Part shown: one piece after another, positions 9,866-19,809 of the stretch
Position numbering within the stretch: the stretch's first letter is position 1
How the letters are laid out: each line of letters begins with the position of its first letter
Source: a virus
Lineage: Duplodnaviria > Caudoviricetes
IMG/VR virus record: IMGVR_UViG_3300026512_000011
Span: 1-63,419 of that record
Direction: 5' to 3' (one strand)
Length of the DNA: 63,419 nucleotides
The notes under the pieces: generated by a model
Told to the model about the DNA's origin: nothing
The model's input: only the letters and a program-made list of their open reading frames with translations
Databases searched by the model: none
Made by a program: the position numbers and the translations under genes

Positions 9866-10645
9866 CTAAAGAATTATGTTTGAGAGAATGTTTCTCGGAA
9901 TTCCATTAGAATCTCTTATTATTCCATTAATTTTTGATTTCACATCAACAGAATTTCCATTAGAATCTACTACTTTAAATGAAGAATCATTAGCATAACT
10001 ATTCCATTGAAAACTTCCACAACCACCTTGTAAGCGTAACAAACAACCATCAATCATAAAATTACCATTACAATATAGATTAAAAATAGCTAAATTCATC
10101 TGAATATTTTGATTAACTCCCCAAACACGAGAACCAAAAAGACACCTATCAGAATCTATTTTAACAGGGTCAGTCGTATTTACATTTAATAAATATAAAT
10201 TTGTCGTTACTTCCAAATACTTATCTGATTCGTGGTCATTTACCCAAAATCCAGCATAATTATCTGGATTAATATTACTACCATCGCTTCTACTAATAAT
10301 CAGTTTCCCTGAATTTCTAATTTCAATTGAACAGGAACCGATATCACAACAACTTCCTTCAGGTATAGTCCAAGTTTTCCCACTACTTATTTTTATATAA
10401 ATTTTTTTCAATCTCGCATTAAAAACTCCAGTATAATCTGATTTTAGAATTATTGATACAAACCCACCAACAGGGATGCTGTCAACTGCTTTTTGAATCG
10501 TTCTAAATGGTGAAGATTCAGAACCATCGTTATTATCATCACCATTCACAGCATCAACATAAAAAGTCCTATTCATCTGATTGAAAACTGCATTATTAAT
10601 ATTATCTATATATTGACTAAAATTTTGAGTCAATTGTATTCCCAT
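9866..10645 (-). CDS. tail fibre/spike-like protein with DUF1565-type beta-helix cap
   Basis: TFYVDAVNGDDNNDGSESSPFRTIQKAV motif. Confidence 0.7.
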   Translation of the reverse strand: MGIQLTQNFSQYIDNINNAVFNQMNRTFYVDAVNGDDNNDGSESSPFRTIQKAVDSIPVGGFVSIILKSDYTGVFNARLKKIYIKISSGKTWTIPEGSCCDIGSCSIEIRNSGKLIISRSDGSNINPDNYAGFWVNDHESDKYLEVTTNLYLLNVNTTDPVKIDSDRCLFGSRVWGVNQNIQMNLAIFNLYCNGNFMIDGCLLRLQGGCGSFQWNSYANDSSFKVVDSNGNSVDVKSKINGIIRDSNGIPRNILSNIIL

Positions 10646-10656
10646 TATTACCTCCC

Positions 10657-11007
10657 TTATTCTCTTTCAATATAAGTTAATACTAATTGAAATTTAGGTT
10701 TATTTGAATATGTAAACAATAATTTATAATAATCTCTATTTGGATTTTCTATTATTAATTTTTCTTTATAACCACTTCCTCTAATTTTGATTTTAACATC
10801 TGAATCATCTTCATTTAATACTTGAATTTCTATCTTTTCTACTTTTTCTTTATCTTTTACAATCAAATAAACAGGAAAAATTTTAGAATTTTGATATTCT
10901 CCATTTTTGTAAAAATGTTTAATTTCTATTAAATTCTTTCCTTCTCCAAAATCATACATTTCTTTCCCTTCTTTGTCTTTTGCCAAATAGACTAATTCTA
11001 TACTCAT
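10657..11007 (-). CDS. hypothetical tail-region protein
   Basis: 116 aa ORF with GAGGT RBS inside the tail operon. Confidence 0.6.
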   Translation of the reverse strand: MSIELVYLAKDKEGKEMYDFGEGKNLIEIKHFYKNGEYQNSKIFPVYLIVKDKEKVEKIEIQVLNEDDSDVKIKIRGSGYKEKLIIENPNRDYYKLLFTYSNKPKFQLVLTYIERE

Positions 11008-11008
11008 T

Positions 11009-11278
11009 TCATACCTCTCTATATTGTTCTTTGCTATTATATAATCTTATAATTGCATTTGATTTTGTCAAATCACCTACACTTCGTTCTTTTGTAAAGT
11101 AAATTAAACTTTTAATTTTATTTACTTTACTGCCAACTAAATTTTGTTTTTTAGTGCATTCAACAAAACCATAAATATTAACTTTAAAACAACTTGAAGT
11201 AATTTTATATACATTTTCCTTTTCTTTTAAAGAATTTGTATTATACAATCTAACATAATTAAAGTTCTGGTTGTTCAT
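11009..11278 (-). CDS. hypothetical tail-region protein
   Basis: 89 aa ORF with GAGGTG RBS inside the tail operon. Confidence 0.55.
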   Translation of the reverse strand: MNNQNFNYVRLYNTNSLKEKENVYKITSSCFKVNIYGFVECTKKQNLVGSKVNKIKSLIYFTKERSVGDLTKSNAIIRLYNSKEQYREV

Positions 11279-11843
11279 TTAACACCTCTATCAACTTTAA
11301 ATCAGTTATATTTGAATAACCAGCCACTAAATGTTGAATGCCAATTGAATTTTGGTCAAACCTACAATAAATAACAGGTCTGCCATTTGTATAATCACAA
11401 GTTATCAAATCTCCAATATTTAATCCTGTAAATGTTATTTTTAACAAAGGATACTGGTATTCTGATATTTGGTAATTGGAAACTTGATTACCATTAACTT
11501 TTACTACAATACTATCATAATTAATTACAGGTAAAACATAAGTTAATTGATTTCTATCTACAACTTTGGCTATAAACTCATTGTTAAAATTAATTTTAGT
11601 TGGATATATGAAATAAAAATAAGGATTATATAATTGAGATTGGTGGTAAAAATTTCTCAATATTTCTATTTCAGATTGGGTTAACCAACTATACTTTAAT
11701 GTTATTTGTCGTTTTGTTCTATGAGCTTGTTGATATACATAATCAAAATTAAATGATAATTGGCTAACTTGAATATTATACATATAATTAACTTCTACTG
11801 GTGTATCAGGTATCGGATATTGAGGATATATACTTACACTCAT
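11259..11843 (-). CDS. distal tail protein (Dit; gpM/DUF2460-like)
   Basis: immediately after the TMP; R.ITLKY..LT..E...L..F and CRFD patterns. Confidence 0.65.
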   Translation of the reverse strand: MSVSIYPQYPIPDTPVEVNYMYNIQVSQLSFNFDYVYQQAHRTKRQITLKYSWLTQSEIEILRNFYHQSQLYNPYFYFIYPTKINFNNEFIAKVVDRNQLTYVLPVINYDSIVVKVNGNQVSNYQISEYQYPLLKITFTGLNIGDLITCDYTNGRPVIYCRFDQNSIGIQHLVAGYSNITDLKLIEVLNEQPEL

Positions 11844-11855
11844 TATAACCTCTTA

Positions 11856-14800
11856 TTATAAAGTTTTCTTAATCATATGTCTTACAGTTCCATTATTCTG
11901 CAAATCATTTATTATAGTTTCTCTTACAAATGAAGATATTACTTTATTCTTTCTTTCCCACTCTATAAATGATTGAGAATCTAACGCAGATATGTTAAGA
12001 ACAACATTAATAGGTTGTTGCTGTATAGTGGAGCCAATTACTTGAGGGAATTTTGATAATGGAATTACTGCTTCAGATTCTCCAGCCTCTCCTATTAAAG
12101 CAAGTGTAGGTTTAGTAACTATTCCACCTTCAGCAAAAGACCCGACTTTAAGTTTAGATGCATAATTACCTAAATTATATTTTCCTATATCCAAACCACC
12201 TATATTTAGGCTTTTTGGTTGAGTTGGAGTTTTAGCAGGAATTGGAATGTATGTTGAAGTTGATTTACCGATAGCTGATAGTATTCTAACTTTTATCATT
12301 TCGGCAATTACTTGTGAAAGTAACCTTAATATTTCTTTAGTTAGAGCTTGAACATAAGATTTAAATGATTTTAATCTTCCAGTAAAGAAATCATAGAGAA
12401 TATCAGATGTTGTTTGTGTAAATGAATTAATTACATCTATTGCTGTTTTACTCCACATTTTAGTTAGTTCTATTTGTCCATATATTTCAGATTGATAACG
12501 AGCAAAAACTCTAAAGAATGCCTTACCTCCCTCAATTTGTTTTTGTATTTCTGAATATTTCTTTTGAAGTTGGTCTAACATATTTGTTAATGTATCATAT
12601 TCTTTTTTACCCTGTTCAGTATCAAAAAATTTAACTCCATTTATAGTAGTTTTAGATAATTGATTAATAATAGACTTAACATTTTCTATTTGTTGTTTTA
12701 ATTGTTTAAAAGCTAAATCCATTGTCAATGGATTAGATAAATTATCGTTAATGTTTTTGATTACTTTCTGGTAATAATCAATTATACTATCAATAGTTTT
12801 CTTTATTGAAGATACTTTACTTTCAACTATAAATTGTTTTTTCTCTGATTCAAGCCCGAATATAGTATTAAGGATATTATACTTCTCAAGTTCTGATTTA
12901 GTATTTTTCAACTTTACTTTTAGCGTAGTTATAATCGAATCATACACAGATACAATCTTATTAAACAACTCTTCTTTAGATATTGATAATCCTAATATAT
13001 CTGTGACAGAATATCCATATTTAGATAAAAACTTGTATGTCTTTTTATAAACAGATAAAGACTCTTTCAATGAAGAAAGAGTATCATCTATTGTCTTCAA
13101 AAATCTGTTTTTAATATTTCTCTTAAATTTTTCTTCATCTACTTTCAAACCTAACAATTCAACTATCAAATTTTCTTTTTCAGTTTCATTCGTAGTTATA
13201 GACAATTTTCTCTTTAAAAGAGATTTTATACTATCATACACTTTAAGTATATTGTTCACTATTCCTGTTTTTGTAAATACTTTATTTCCTATCTTTATTT
13301 TATCTAATTCAAGTTCTTCCATAGAAGAATAAACTTGCTTTAAATTAGAAAGTAAAGATTTCAGATTGTTTAACTTATCGCTTAATGTTTTGTTAATTTG
13401 AGTGATATCTTGAATTTTTTTCGGATATACATTTTTACTTGGACTTAATAAATCCATTAAGAAATCATATACATTTTTATTCTTTCCTTTCGTCCCTTCT
13501 AATTGTTTTTCTAATTCACTAAAAGATGGAATTCCAAATGCTTTATCTATAGCAGATGTTAATTCTGATAATTTATTCAGAACAGGAGAATTTTTAACAA
13601 GATTAGTTAATGAATCTAAAAAAGGATTTTTATTGTATCCTTCACTGAAGAAAGAAGATAAAGATTTAGCCATTGATTTAATCTTATTTGCAATAGATGT
13701 CTTAAATGTTTGAATGGATTTAGCAAATTTTGGACTTACTTTAGCTATCAAATTTTGTATTGGAGTTGGAAGAATTATATTAAGAATAGCTAATGCAATT
13801 TTATCTCCTATTTCAGCCAAAGCTGATGTAATTCCTTTAGCTATTCCAAATACTATACTTTTACCTAACTTTATATAATCTTTAGGGTGGAATAAAGCAT
13901 CTATTATTGTCATAGGTAATAACAATCTGGTTAAAATCCTTTTAGTAGCTAAACCAATTACTCTGGCTGTTCTCAAAAATGCAGTTCCAATCATTGTTAT
14001 TCTTTGAGCTAATGTAGTAAATAAACCAGCTGATTCTGCTGTTCCAATTACTTTTATTGTTTTAAGGAAAAGAGATAAGAAGAATGATGTTTCTCTTGTT
14101 AAAAATGTAAAACTCCATTTTAAAGTTTTAATTGCTATTACCAATTTTAGATAAGTTCCAATTACAGAAATCATTTGTTTATGTTGATTATAAAATTCTC
14201 TAATTTTTTCTATTAAAGCTGATAAATATAAAACAAATTTAATAGTTCCTGATGTAATTTTAGCAAAACCTTTAGCAACTAAATCAAGTGTATTAGAAAG
14301 TAAAGTAATAGTTTCTCCTAATTTAGATGAAGATAGTTCTTTAGCTAATTCTTTGTATTCTTTTATTTTAGATGTATCTCCAGCTTTGATTTGGAATAAT
14401 AAATCTCTTAACTTCATTATTTTAGAAATGTCTAAACTTTTAAAATACTTCATTAAATAGTAAGCAAATATATTAGTATCTTTACTTAATCCTTTTGTAA
14501 TAGATGCTAACTGAAGAGCATAGTTAATTACTAATGATAATTGATTTTTCAGAATTGATGTCGTGTATTGTAAATCTTTACCAAAGAGAGAATCTTTAAC
14601 TTTACGCATTGCACTTCCAAGAGTAGTAATTACATATCTAACTCTTTCAGTTGCAGTATTAATACTTCTTAATTGTTGTAAAAATTCATTAAATTTAGCA
14701 TCACCTAAATAATTCTTTAAAAATCTTAAAGTTGTATTACCAGCTCTTAAAGTTCCTTCAAATAAGGATTGAATTTCTTGCCTAACTTGTGTTGCTGTAG

Positions 14801-16025
14801 AACCTGTTGTTTTTGATACTAATGCTACAAAATCACTAAAATCTACAAATGCCTTCATTAACTTATCTGAAATGAATACTCCGTGTTGAGCAAATTCATC
14901 TAATCCTGCAACTATATCTCTTAATGAAGAGAATGAATCAATAGATGCTAATTTTAGAGCTTCTATATTTTTCCTTGCTATATTTAGAGCATTTTTAAAT
15001 GTAGTATTTGAAAACATAGTAATAAACATTGCAGATTTATATGCAGTTTCTGTATAATCATCAAAAGCTCTTATTCCTTCTTTAACTAAATCAATTACTT
15101 CAGCTACTCCTTGTTCAAGATAACTAAATGCTCTATAAACAATAGTAAATCCAATAGCTACTTCTCCGAATCGTTTCCACCAACTAACAATAACTGATTT
15201 TGAAGATTCCATTGCTTGATTAAGCGATTTAAATCTATAATTAAGTCTGTTTAATACTTTTTCATATTCATTAGCACTTATTATTCCTTCTTTAAAAGCA
15301 TTTCTTAATAATTTTTTAGTTTTATTTAATTCAAGTGTTAAGCTAATTTTATCAAGAGGATTCAAATCGTATAGTCTTTCAAATGCAAGAGAAAGTTCAT
15401 ATTCAAATTTTTTGATGTCATTTAGAAGTTTTTGTTTATTTTGATTTATTTTTATTTTAGTTTCTTGTAATAGGGAAGATGGGATGTTAACATATCTATT
15501 AAAATTTTTGATATAATCACCAAACTCAAATGCTTTGGCTTCTCTTTTTATGTAATCTTGTTTTAAAGATTCTAATTGCAGAGAATATAATGTTTGTAAT
15601 TCCTTATTATTAATCTTTCCTATTAACTTTTGTGTAGAACCTATTACACTACTGCGATAATTAAACAAATCTATTGGAATTTCTTTATATCTGGTAATTT
15701 GTTTATTTAACTCACTTATTAGTTTTAGTTTTCTTTTTATTATACTTTCTGTTTTTCTCAATTCTTTTTCTTGATTTTTTATTCTTTCTTCTGATTGATA
15801 TTTTATGTTTTTCGTTAAACTTTTTTCTGCATTCTCTAATTTAGAGAACAAAGAATTAATAGATTTTGTGTTTCTTTCTAAAGAAGATAAAAGAGATTGT
15901 GATGTATTATTGATAGTATTAAAAAGTTTGTTAATTTTTACTAATTGCTTTTCTAATTTATTTAGAACATTAGTAAACTTATCTATTCCTTTTATCTCAA
16001 CTTTAAGGCTGTGGTAATATCCCAT
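11856..16025 (-). CDS. tail tape measure protein
   Basis: 1389 aa helical protein; C-terminal FAEGGIVTKPTLALIGEAGESEAVIPL; follows the chaperones. Confidence 0.92.
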   Translation of the reverse strand: MGYYHSLKVEIKGIDKFTNVLNKLEKQLVKINKLFNTINNTSQSLLSSLERNTKSINSLFSKLENAEKSLTKNIKYQSEERIKNQEKELRKTESIIKRKLKLISELNKQITRYKEIPIDLFNYRSSVIGSTQKLIGKINNKELQTLYSLQLESLKQDYIKREAKAFEFGDYIKNFNRYVNIPSSLLQETKIKINQNKQKLLNDIKKFEYELSLAFERLYDLNPLDKISLTLELNKTKKLLRNAFKEGIISANEYEKVLNRLNYRFKSLNQAMESSKSVIVSWWKRFGEVAIGFTIVYRAFSYLEQGVAEVIDLVKEGIRAFDDYTETAYKSAMFITMFSNTTFKNALNIARKNIEALKLASIDSFSSLRDIVAGLDEFAQHGVFISDKLMKAFVDFSDFVALVSKTTGSTATQVRQEIQSLFEGTLRAGNTTLRFLKNYLGDAKFNEFLQQLRSINTATERVRYVITTLGSAMRKVKDSLFGKDLQYTTSILKNQLSLVINYALQLASITKGLSKDTNIFAYYLMKYFKSLDISKIMKLRDLLFQIKAGDTSKIKEYKELAKELSSSKLGETITLLSNTLDLVAKGFAKITSGTIKFVLYLSALIEKIREFYNQHKQMISVIGTYLKLVIAIKTLKWSFTFLTRETSFFLSLFLKTIKVIGTAESAGLFTTLAQRITMIGTAFLRTARVIGLATKRILTRLLLPMTIIDALFHPKDYIKLGKSIVFGIAKGITSALAEIGDKIALAILNIILPTPIQNLIAKVSPKFAKSIQTFKTSIANKIKSMAKSLSSFFSEGYNKNPFLDSLTNLVKNSPVLNKLSELTSAIDKAFGIPSFSELEKQLEGTKGKNKNVYDFLMDLLSPSKNVYPKKIQDITQINKTLSDKLNNLKSLLSNLKQVYSSMEELELDKIKIGNKVFTKTGIVNNILKVYDSIKSLLKRKLSITTNETEKENLIVELLGLKVDEEKFKRNIKNRFLKTIDDTLSSLKESLSVYKKTYKFLSKYGYSVTDILGLSISKEELFNKIVSVYDSIITTLKVKLKNTKSELEKYNILNTIFGLESEKKQFIVESKVSSIKKTIDSIIDYYQKVIKNINDNLSNPLTMDLAFKQLKQQIENVKSIINQLSKTTINGVKFFDTEQGKKEYDTLTNMLDQLQKKYSEIQKQIEGGKAFFRVFARYQSEIYGQIELTKMWSKTAIDVINSFTQTTSDILYDFFTGRLKSFKSYVQALTKEILRLLSQVIAEMIKVRILSAIGKSTSTYIPIPAKTPTQPKSLNIGGLDIGKYNLGNYASKLKVGSFAEGGIVTKPTLALIGEAGESEAVIPLSKFPQVIGSTIQQQPINVVLNISALDSQSFIEWERKNKVISSFVRETIINDLQNNGTVRHMIKKTL

Positions 16026-16034
16026 AATTACCTC

Positions 16035-16702
16035 TTATTTGTTTTTCTCTAATAATTCTCTCTCATACTCGGCTTTTAAATTCTCTAATCTTATCATAGC
16101 CTCTATATACCATTGAGGTTGGTCTAAATATGAACCTAATTCATAAAACATCCCTTTCTCATACAAAGTAAAAAGATTAATAATTTCTACTATTTCATCA
16201 TTATAAGTTAATATTTTAGGACAAAAATTCAATATTGTATCTTTATCAATTATAAATCTATGGTTAATATTTGTGGAATTGGGATTTAAAGGAGAAGGAG
16301 GGCTACCACCATCACAATTTCTGTCTCGGTAGTAGCCTCTTTCCTTGCACTCCCTACAATCTGGAAGATTGTTATTGTTAATTAATATTTTGAATAATAT
16401 TTCAGCTTGAGATATTATTCTTTTTTTTCCAAAGCAACCTCAAGTGCAGTAGAGAATACTTCGAGTGCATCTGCAATTGTAAGTTCTTCGGCTTTTGGAT
16501 AATAAACTTTTACTACATTGATAATATCATCTTCATTAATTCCAATTTCAAAAAAGTTTACATCTTTAACATTTCCATTCTTATCTACTGATTTTGATAG
16601 TTTAGAAAGAATGGAAAGAATTTTAGATTGTTTGGCTTGTCTCATTGTCATAGGTTTAATTGTTATTTCCTCTCCTGTTGAGAGTTTTACTGTCTTTTCC
16701 AT
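16035..16702 (-). CDS. tail assembly chaperone GT-like fusion via -1 frameshift (about 222 aa)
   Basis: slippery A AAA AAA at 16427-16421; the -1 frame is open from 16421 to the stop at 16035. Confidence 0.8.
16415..16702 (-). CDS. tail assembly chaperone (gpG-like)
   Basis: 95 aa, upstream of the TMP, ends in a slippery sequence. Confidence 0.75.
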   Translation of the reverse strand: MEKTVKLSTGEEITIKPMTMRQAKQSKILSILSKLSKSVDKNGNVKDVNFFEIGINEDDIINVVKVYYPKAEELTIADALEVFSTALEVALEKKE

Positions 16703-16728
16703 CTAACTAACCTCCAATTAGTTTGGTT

Positions 16729-17148
16729 TTATATTCTGTAATCAAATATAATCACAAATCTTATTTCGTAAAGTCCATCTATATACTCATCGTTTATAGG
16801 TTCATCTGATTGTATTACTTGAATATTTATTAATTTGCTGTGGATTGTATTAGGTTCTAAACAATTAAAAGTTTTCAATACTTCCTCTTGTAAATTATCT
16901 AATGTATCAAAATAGTTATCCGATTTTGATGTTTGGTTATATATTCTCAAATCTACATATAGTCTGTATGTAGCTGTATTATACTCTATTGATTTAGTTT
17001 CTACTTTTAAAGAATTAAATACACAAAGAGGAAATTTCCATTTTTTAGCATCGGCTAAAGATATAAGTCCTCTTTCTACTTTAGTAAAAATCCCTAAATT
17101 CTCTAAATAAGACTTAAAATTTGATAGTATTTCTCCTTTAATACTCAT
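16729..17148 (-). CDS. putative tail terminator
   Basis: 139 aa; size, position and FP..V pattern. Confidence 0.55.
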   Translation of the reverse strand: MSIKGEILSNFKSYLENLGIFTKVERGLISLADAKKWKFPLCVFNSLKVETKSIEYNTATYRLYVDLRIYNQTSKSDNYFDTLDNLQEEVLKTFNCLEPNTIHSKLINIQVIQSDEPINDEYIDGLYEIRFVIIFDYRI

Positions 17149-17157
17149 TGCTAACTC

Positions 17158-17865
17158 CTATAATTTAATTTTAGATAAGAGTTTATTGTATAAATCTCTT
17201 AACGATGAATTTTGGTTTAGAGTAAATGATTTATAAAATGCACTTGCAATAAACTTATGTTCAGGAATTTCAACTTTATCTTTCAAAATGAATATAGGCA
17301 AATATAAGCCTTTATGAATTTTCTTTAAAATGTATAATGCTTTAGGTTTAATGTTTCTTATAAATTTACCTGCACTATATACGATAGTATCAGGAAAATC
17401 CAAAGGTGATTTTCCCCAAGATTCAGAACTAATAGGAATGGCTAAATATTTCCTATGTTTAGGTTTTACTTTTCCTCCTAATTCCTGAATTCTTCCATAT
17501 ATAGCTTTATCTCTATCTTGTATTATTTCAATTTTAGTAATCATATTTCCATTTTTATATTCTTTGACTGATTTAGAATAAACAAAAGAATTTTTTAACC
17601 TGCCAGTTCTATTTCTTATAAACCCATAAGGCATTTTAGATGGAAGTTTAAATTTTGGTCTTTTACCTTTTTTAATATCTTCAGATTTCATATATTCTGA
17701 AACTGGTAATTCATTGTCTCTAATAAATGCTTTGTCTAAATTTTGCTTAAAAATATTAGTTAACTCATTATTTAGATTGACAAAAGATTGTTTATATTCT
17801 TCCTTTAACTCTTTAATTCTTTCCTTTATTACTTCATCTACTTCTTTTGTTTCAAAATAAATCAT
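17158..17865 (-). CDS. neck / tail completion protein (HK97 gp10-like)
   Basis: RTGRLKNS, YGRIQELGG, IP..KFI motifs. Confidence 0.65.
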   Translation of the reverse strand: MIYFETKEVDEVIKERIKELKEEYKQSFVNLNNELTNIFKQNLDKAFIRDNELPVSEYMKSEDIKKGKRPKFKLPSKMPYGFIRNRTGRLKNSFVYSKSVKEYKNGNMITKIEIIQDRDKAIYGRIQELGGKVKPKHRKYLAIPISSESWGKSPLDFPDTIVYSAGKFIRNIKPKALYILKKIHKGLYLPIFILKDKVEIPEHKFIASAFYKSFTLNQNSSLRDLYNKLLSKIKL

Positions 17866-18425
17866 TATAATTTCCTACTATATCTATCTAATATTTCCTT
17901 AATTTCAGGAGATAATAAAGTTTTTTCATATACAACTGTTCCATCAGGAGTTGTTATTTTAGATGCTCCAACTTTAGATTCTTCAGTTAAAGAATCCAAC
18001 CTAACTGCTATTTGATAAATAGCAAACTTTAAATCATCAGGAATTTCATTAAATCCTGCATTATAAGATATAATGTATTTAGTTCCTGCATTAAACAATG
18101 AATAAGAATTAAATATCTTACCTGTTTGACTGTTTAATATTTCTATATAACTTGATATATCATTTACATATAAACCATTCCCAAATGGACTTATTTCAAC
18201 TTTAATAATTGAATTAACAGGTATAGACTTTAGCCATAAAAATCTGGAATTGTTACCTAAATAAATTTCATTGTTTATATTAATAGGAGTCAACTTACAT
18301 TCAGTATAATTTTCTACTATCTTTTCTGATGTAGATAAAATAAAATCTAAATAACTATCTTTAGAAGTATCATCTAAATCTATATTTAGCATTTGTTTTA
18401 AAACATTAATATCTAATACAGACAT
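17865..18425 (-). CDS. head-tail connector (gp6-like adaptor)
   Basis: LKQMLNI..D..D..L, YNAGF..IPDDLK.A, ILDRY motifs. Confidence 0.8.
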   Translation of the reverse strand: MSVLDINVLKQMLNIDLDDTSKDSYLDFILSTSEKIVENYTECKLTPININNEIYLGNNSRFLWLKSIPVNSIIKVEISPFGNGLYVNDISSYIEILNSQTGKIFNSYSLFNAGTKYIISYNAGFNEIPDDLKFAIYQIAVRLDSLTEESKVGASKITTPDGTVVYEKTLLSPEIKEILDRYSRKL

Positions 18426-18427
18426 TA

Positions 18428-18679
18428 CTATCTCCTATTATTCTGATTTCTTTTTACTTCTCCTCTTTTTCTTGGTCGTTGATTTTTTTCTTCAACTTTT
18501 TCCTTTACCTCTATATCATTTGCATTTTTAGTTTCAATTAAATTTCTTTTTTCTATTATCTCGATGTATCCATTATTTAATAAAAATTGAGCTTCCTCTT
18601 CTTTAAGCCAAAATTCAAATCCTGTATTCCTTATCATACCACCATAAAGAATAGGTTTAATTACTTTTACTTTTACCAT
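18428..18679 (-). CDS. small virion-associated hypothetical protein with basic tail
   Basis: start moved to ATG 18679 (GGAGG RBS, downstream of the terminator); AQFLLNNGYIE pattern. Confidence 0.6.
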   Translation of the reverse strand: MVKVKVIKPILYGGMIRNTGFEFWLKEEEAQFLLNNGYIEIIEKRNLIETKNANDIEVKEKVEEKNQRPRKRGEVKRNQNNRR

Positions 18680-18699
18680 CATTGACCTCCCATTAACAT

Positions 18700-18725
18700 A
18701 AATAAACCCTCCCAATTAGGGAGGG
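18700..18725 (-). terminator. rho-independent terminator after the tail tube gene
   Basis: CCCTCCC-TAATT-GGGAGGG-TTTATTT. Confidence 0.7.
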
Positions 18726-18733
18726 CTAATCAA

Positions 18734-19681
18734 TTATTTAAACCAAATTTCTAATTCATCATCACAACCGACTGCTGTAAAATCTATATTAAGAATTCTT
18801 TTACCTTCTCTATCTCCAAGTTTTGTAGAGTTAATAATTGCTTGTGGGATTCTAATTTCTATTATATTTCCTGTTTGATTTCCAATAGTAGCTTTTATTT
18901 CTTGAGGCTCGTTATTAAGAAACTTATCCCAAACATCATATTGAGATGCTAACATTAAATCAGGATTAAGTGAACCTGATGTATTTCTGGCTGTTATTTC
19001 TATATCTCTTACTCCTTCAGATGAATTCATATCATCTCTTTGAGTAAGAGTATTATTAAGATTTACTTCAAATGAAGTAAGAATTGGAGCATAACCTCCC
19101 ATAGTAAGATTTACATTTTTAATGATAGGAGGGATTAATCCAGAATCACAACTAATATTAGGAAAAGATGCATCTTCAGGTTTCACAAATAATCCATTAA
19201 AAGTAAATTGAATCTTACCTACTTGATTAGCTTCAAGTGTTATTTGAGCGTTTCCTCTTGCTCCTAATACTTTATAAAGAACTCCATCAAGATAAGCATA
19301 GAAAGTCATAGATGGAATGTTTTGTGATGTAGGAGTTAATTTATATGCATCAACATCGCCATCATTATCAGTATCAAAAGATTCTAATTTCATACCACAA
19401 GCCTGTAATACTTCTGCTACTTTAGGTAAAATTACATTATCATTAGCATCTACTCCTGCACCTTTTAATTCTACTGAAAAAGTCAATTCTGTATATTTTT
19501 TGGTAGGTAAAGATGCAACTGGAGATAATGATGGTCTAAATAAATTTCTTTCTACTTTTTCTACATTTGGAGTAATATCAAAATCTGATATTTCTATTAA
19601 GTCTGATGTAGTGGGAGATGCATCTACTCCATAAGAAGATTCTAATTTACCTAAAAGTGCTGTTTTTCTTGTTATAGGCAT
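18734..19681 (-). CDS. major tail tube protein
   Basis: 315 aa acidic beta-rich protein; K.ESSYG.D, LQACG, LNNTL..R, ITAR..SGS patterns. Confidence 0.8.
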   Translation of the reverse strand: MPITRKTALLGKLESSYGVDASPTTSDLIEISDFDITPNVEKVERNLFRPSLSPVASLPTKKYTELTFSVELKGAGVDANDNVILPKVAEVLQACGMKLESFDTDNDGDVDAYKLTPTSQNIPSMTFYAYLDGVLYKVLGARGNAQITLEANQVGKIQFTFNGLFVKPEDASFPNISCDSGLIPPIIKNVNLTMGGYAPILTSFEVNLNNTLTQRDDMNSSEGVRDIEITARNTSGSLNPDLMLASQYDVWDKFLNNEPQEIKATIGNQTGNIIEIRIPQAIINSTKLGDREGKRILNIDFTAVGCDDELEIWFK

Positions 19682-19715
19682 CTTACACCTCTCTAATATT
19701 ATTTAGTTCAATTTT

Positions 19716-19743
19716 AATTTAAATTATTTCAATTAAATATCAA
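19716..19743 (-). promoter_or_regulatory. sigma70-like promoter for the tail tube gene
   Basis: TTGATA-N16-TAAATT. Confidence 0.5.
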
Positions 19744-19758
19744 GTTTGTTATGATAAT

Positions 19759-19785
19759 AAAAAAGGGAGGCTAAAAGCCTCCCTT
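19759..19785 (-). terminator. rho-independent terminator after the capsid gene
   Basis: AAGGGAGGCT-TTT-AGCCTCCCTT plus T run. Confidence 0.85.
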
Positions 19786-19809
19786 ACAAACTACCACTAA
19801 TTATTGTTA

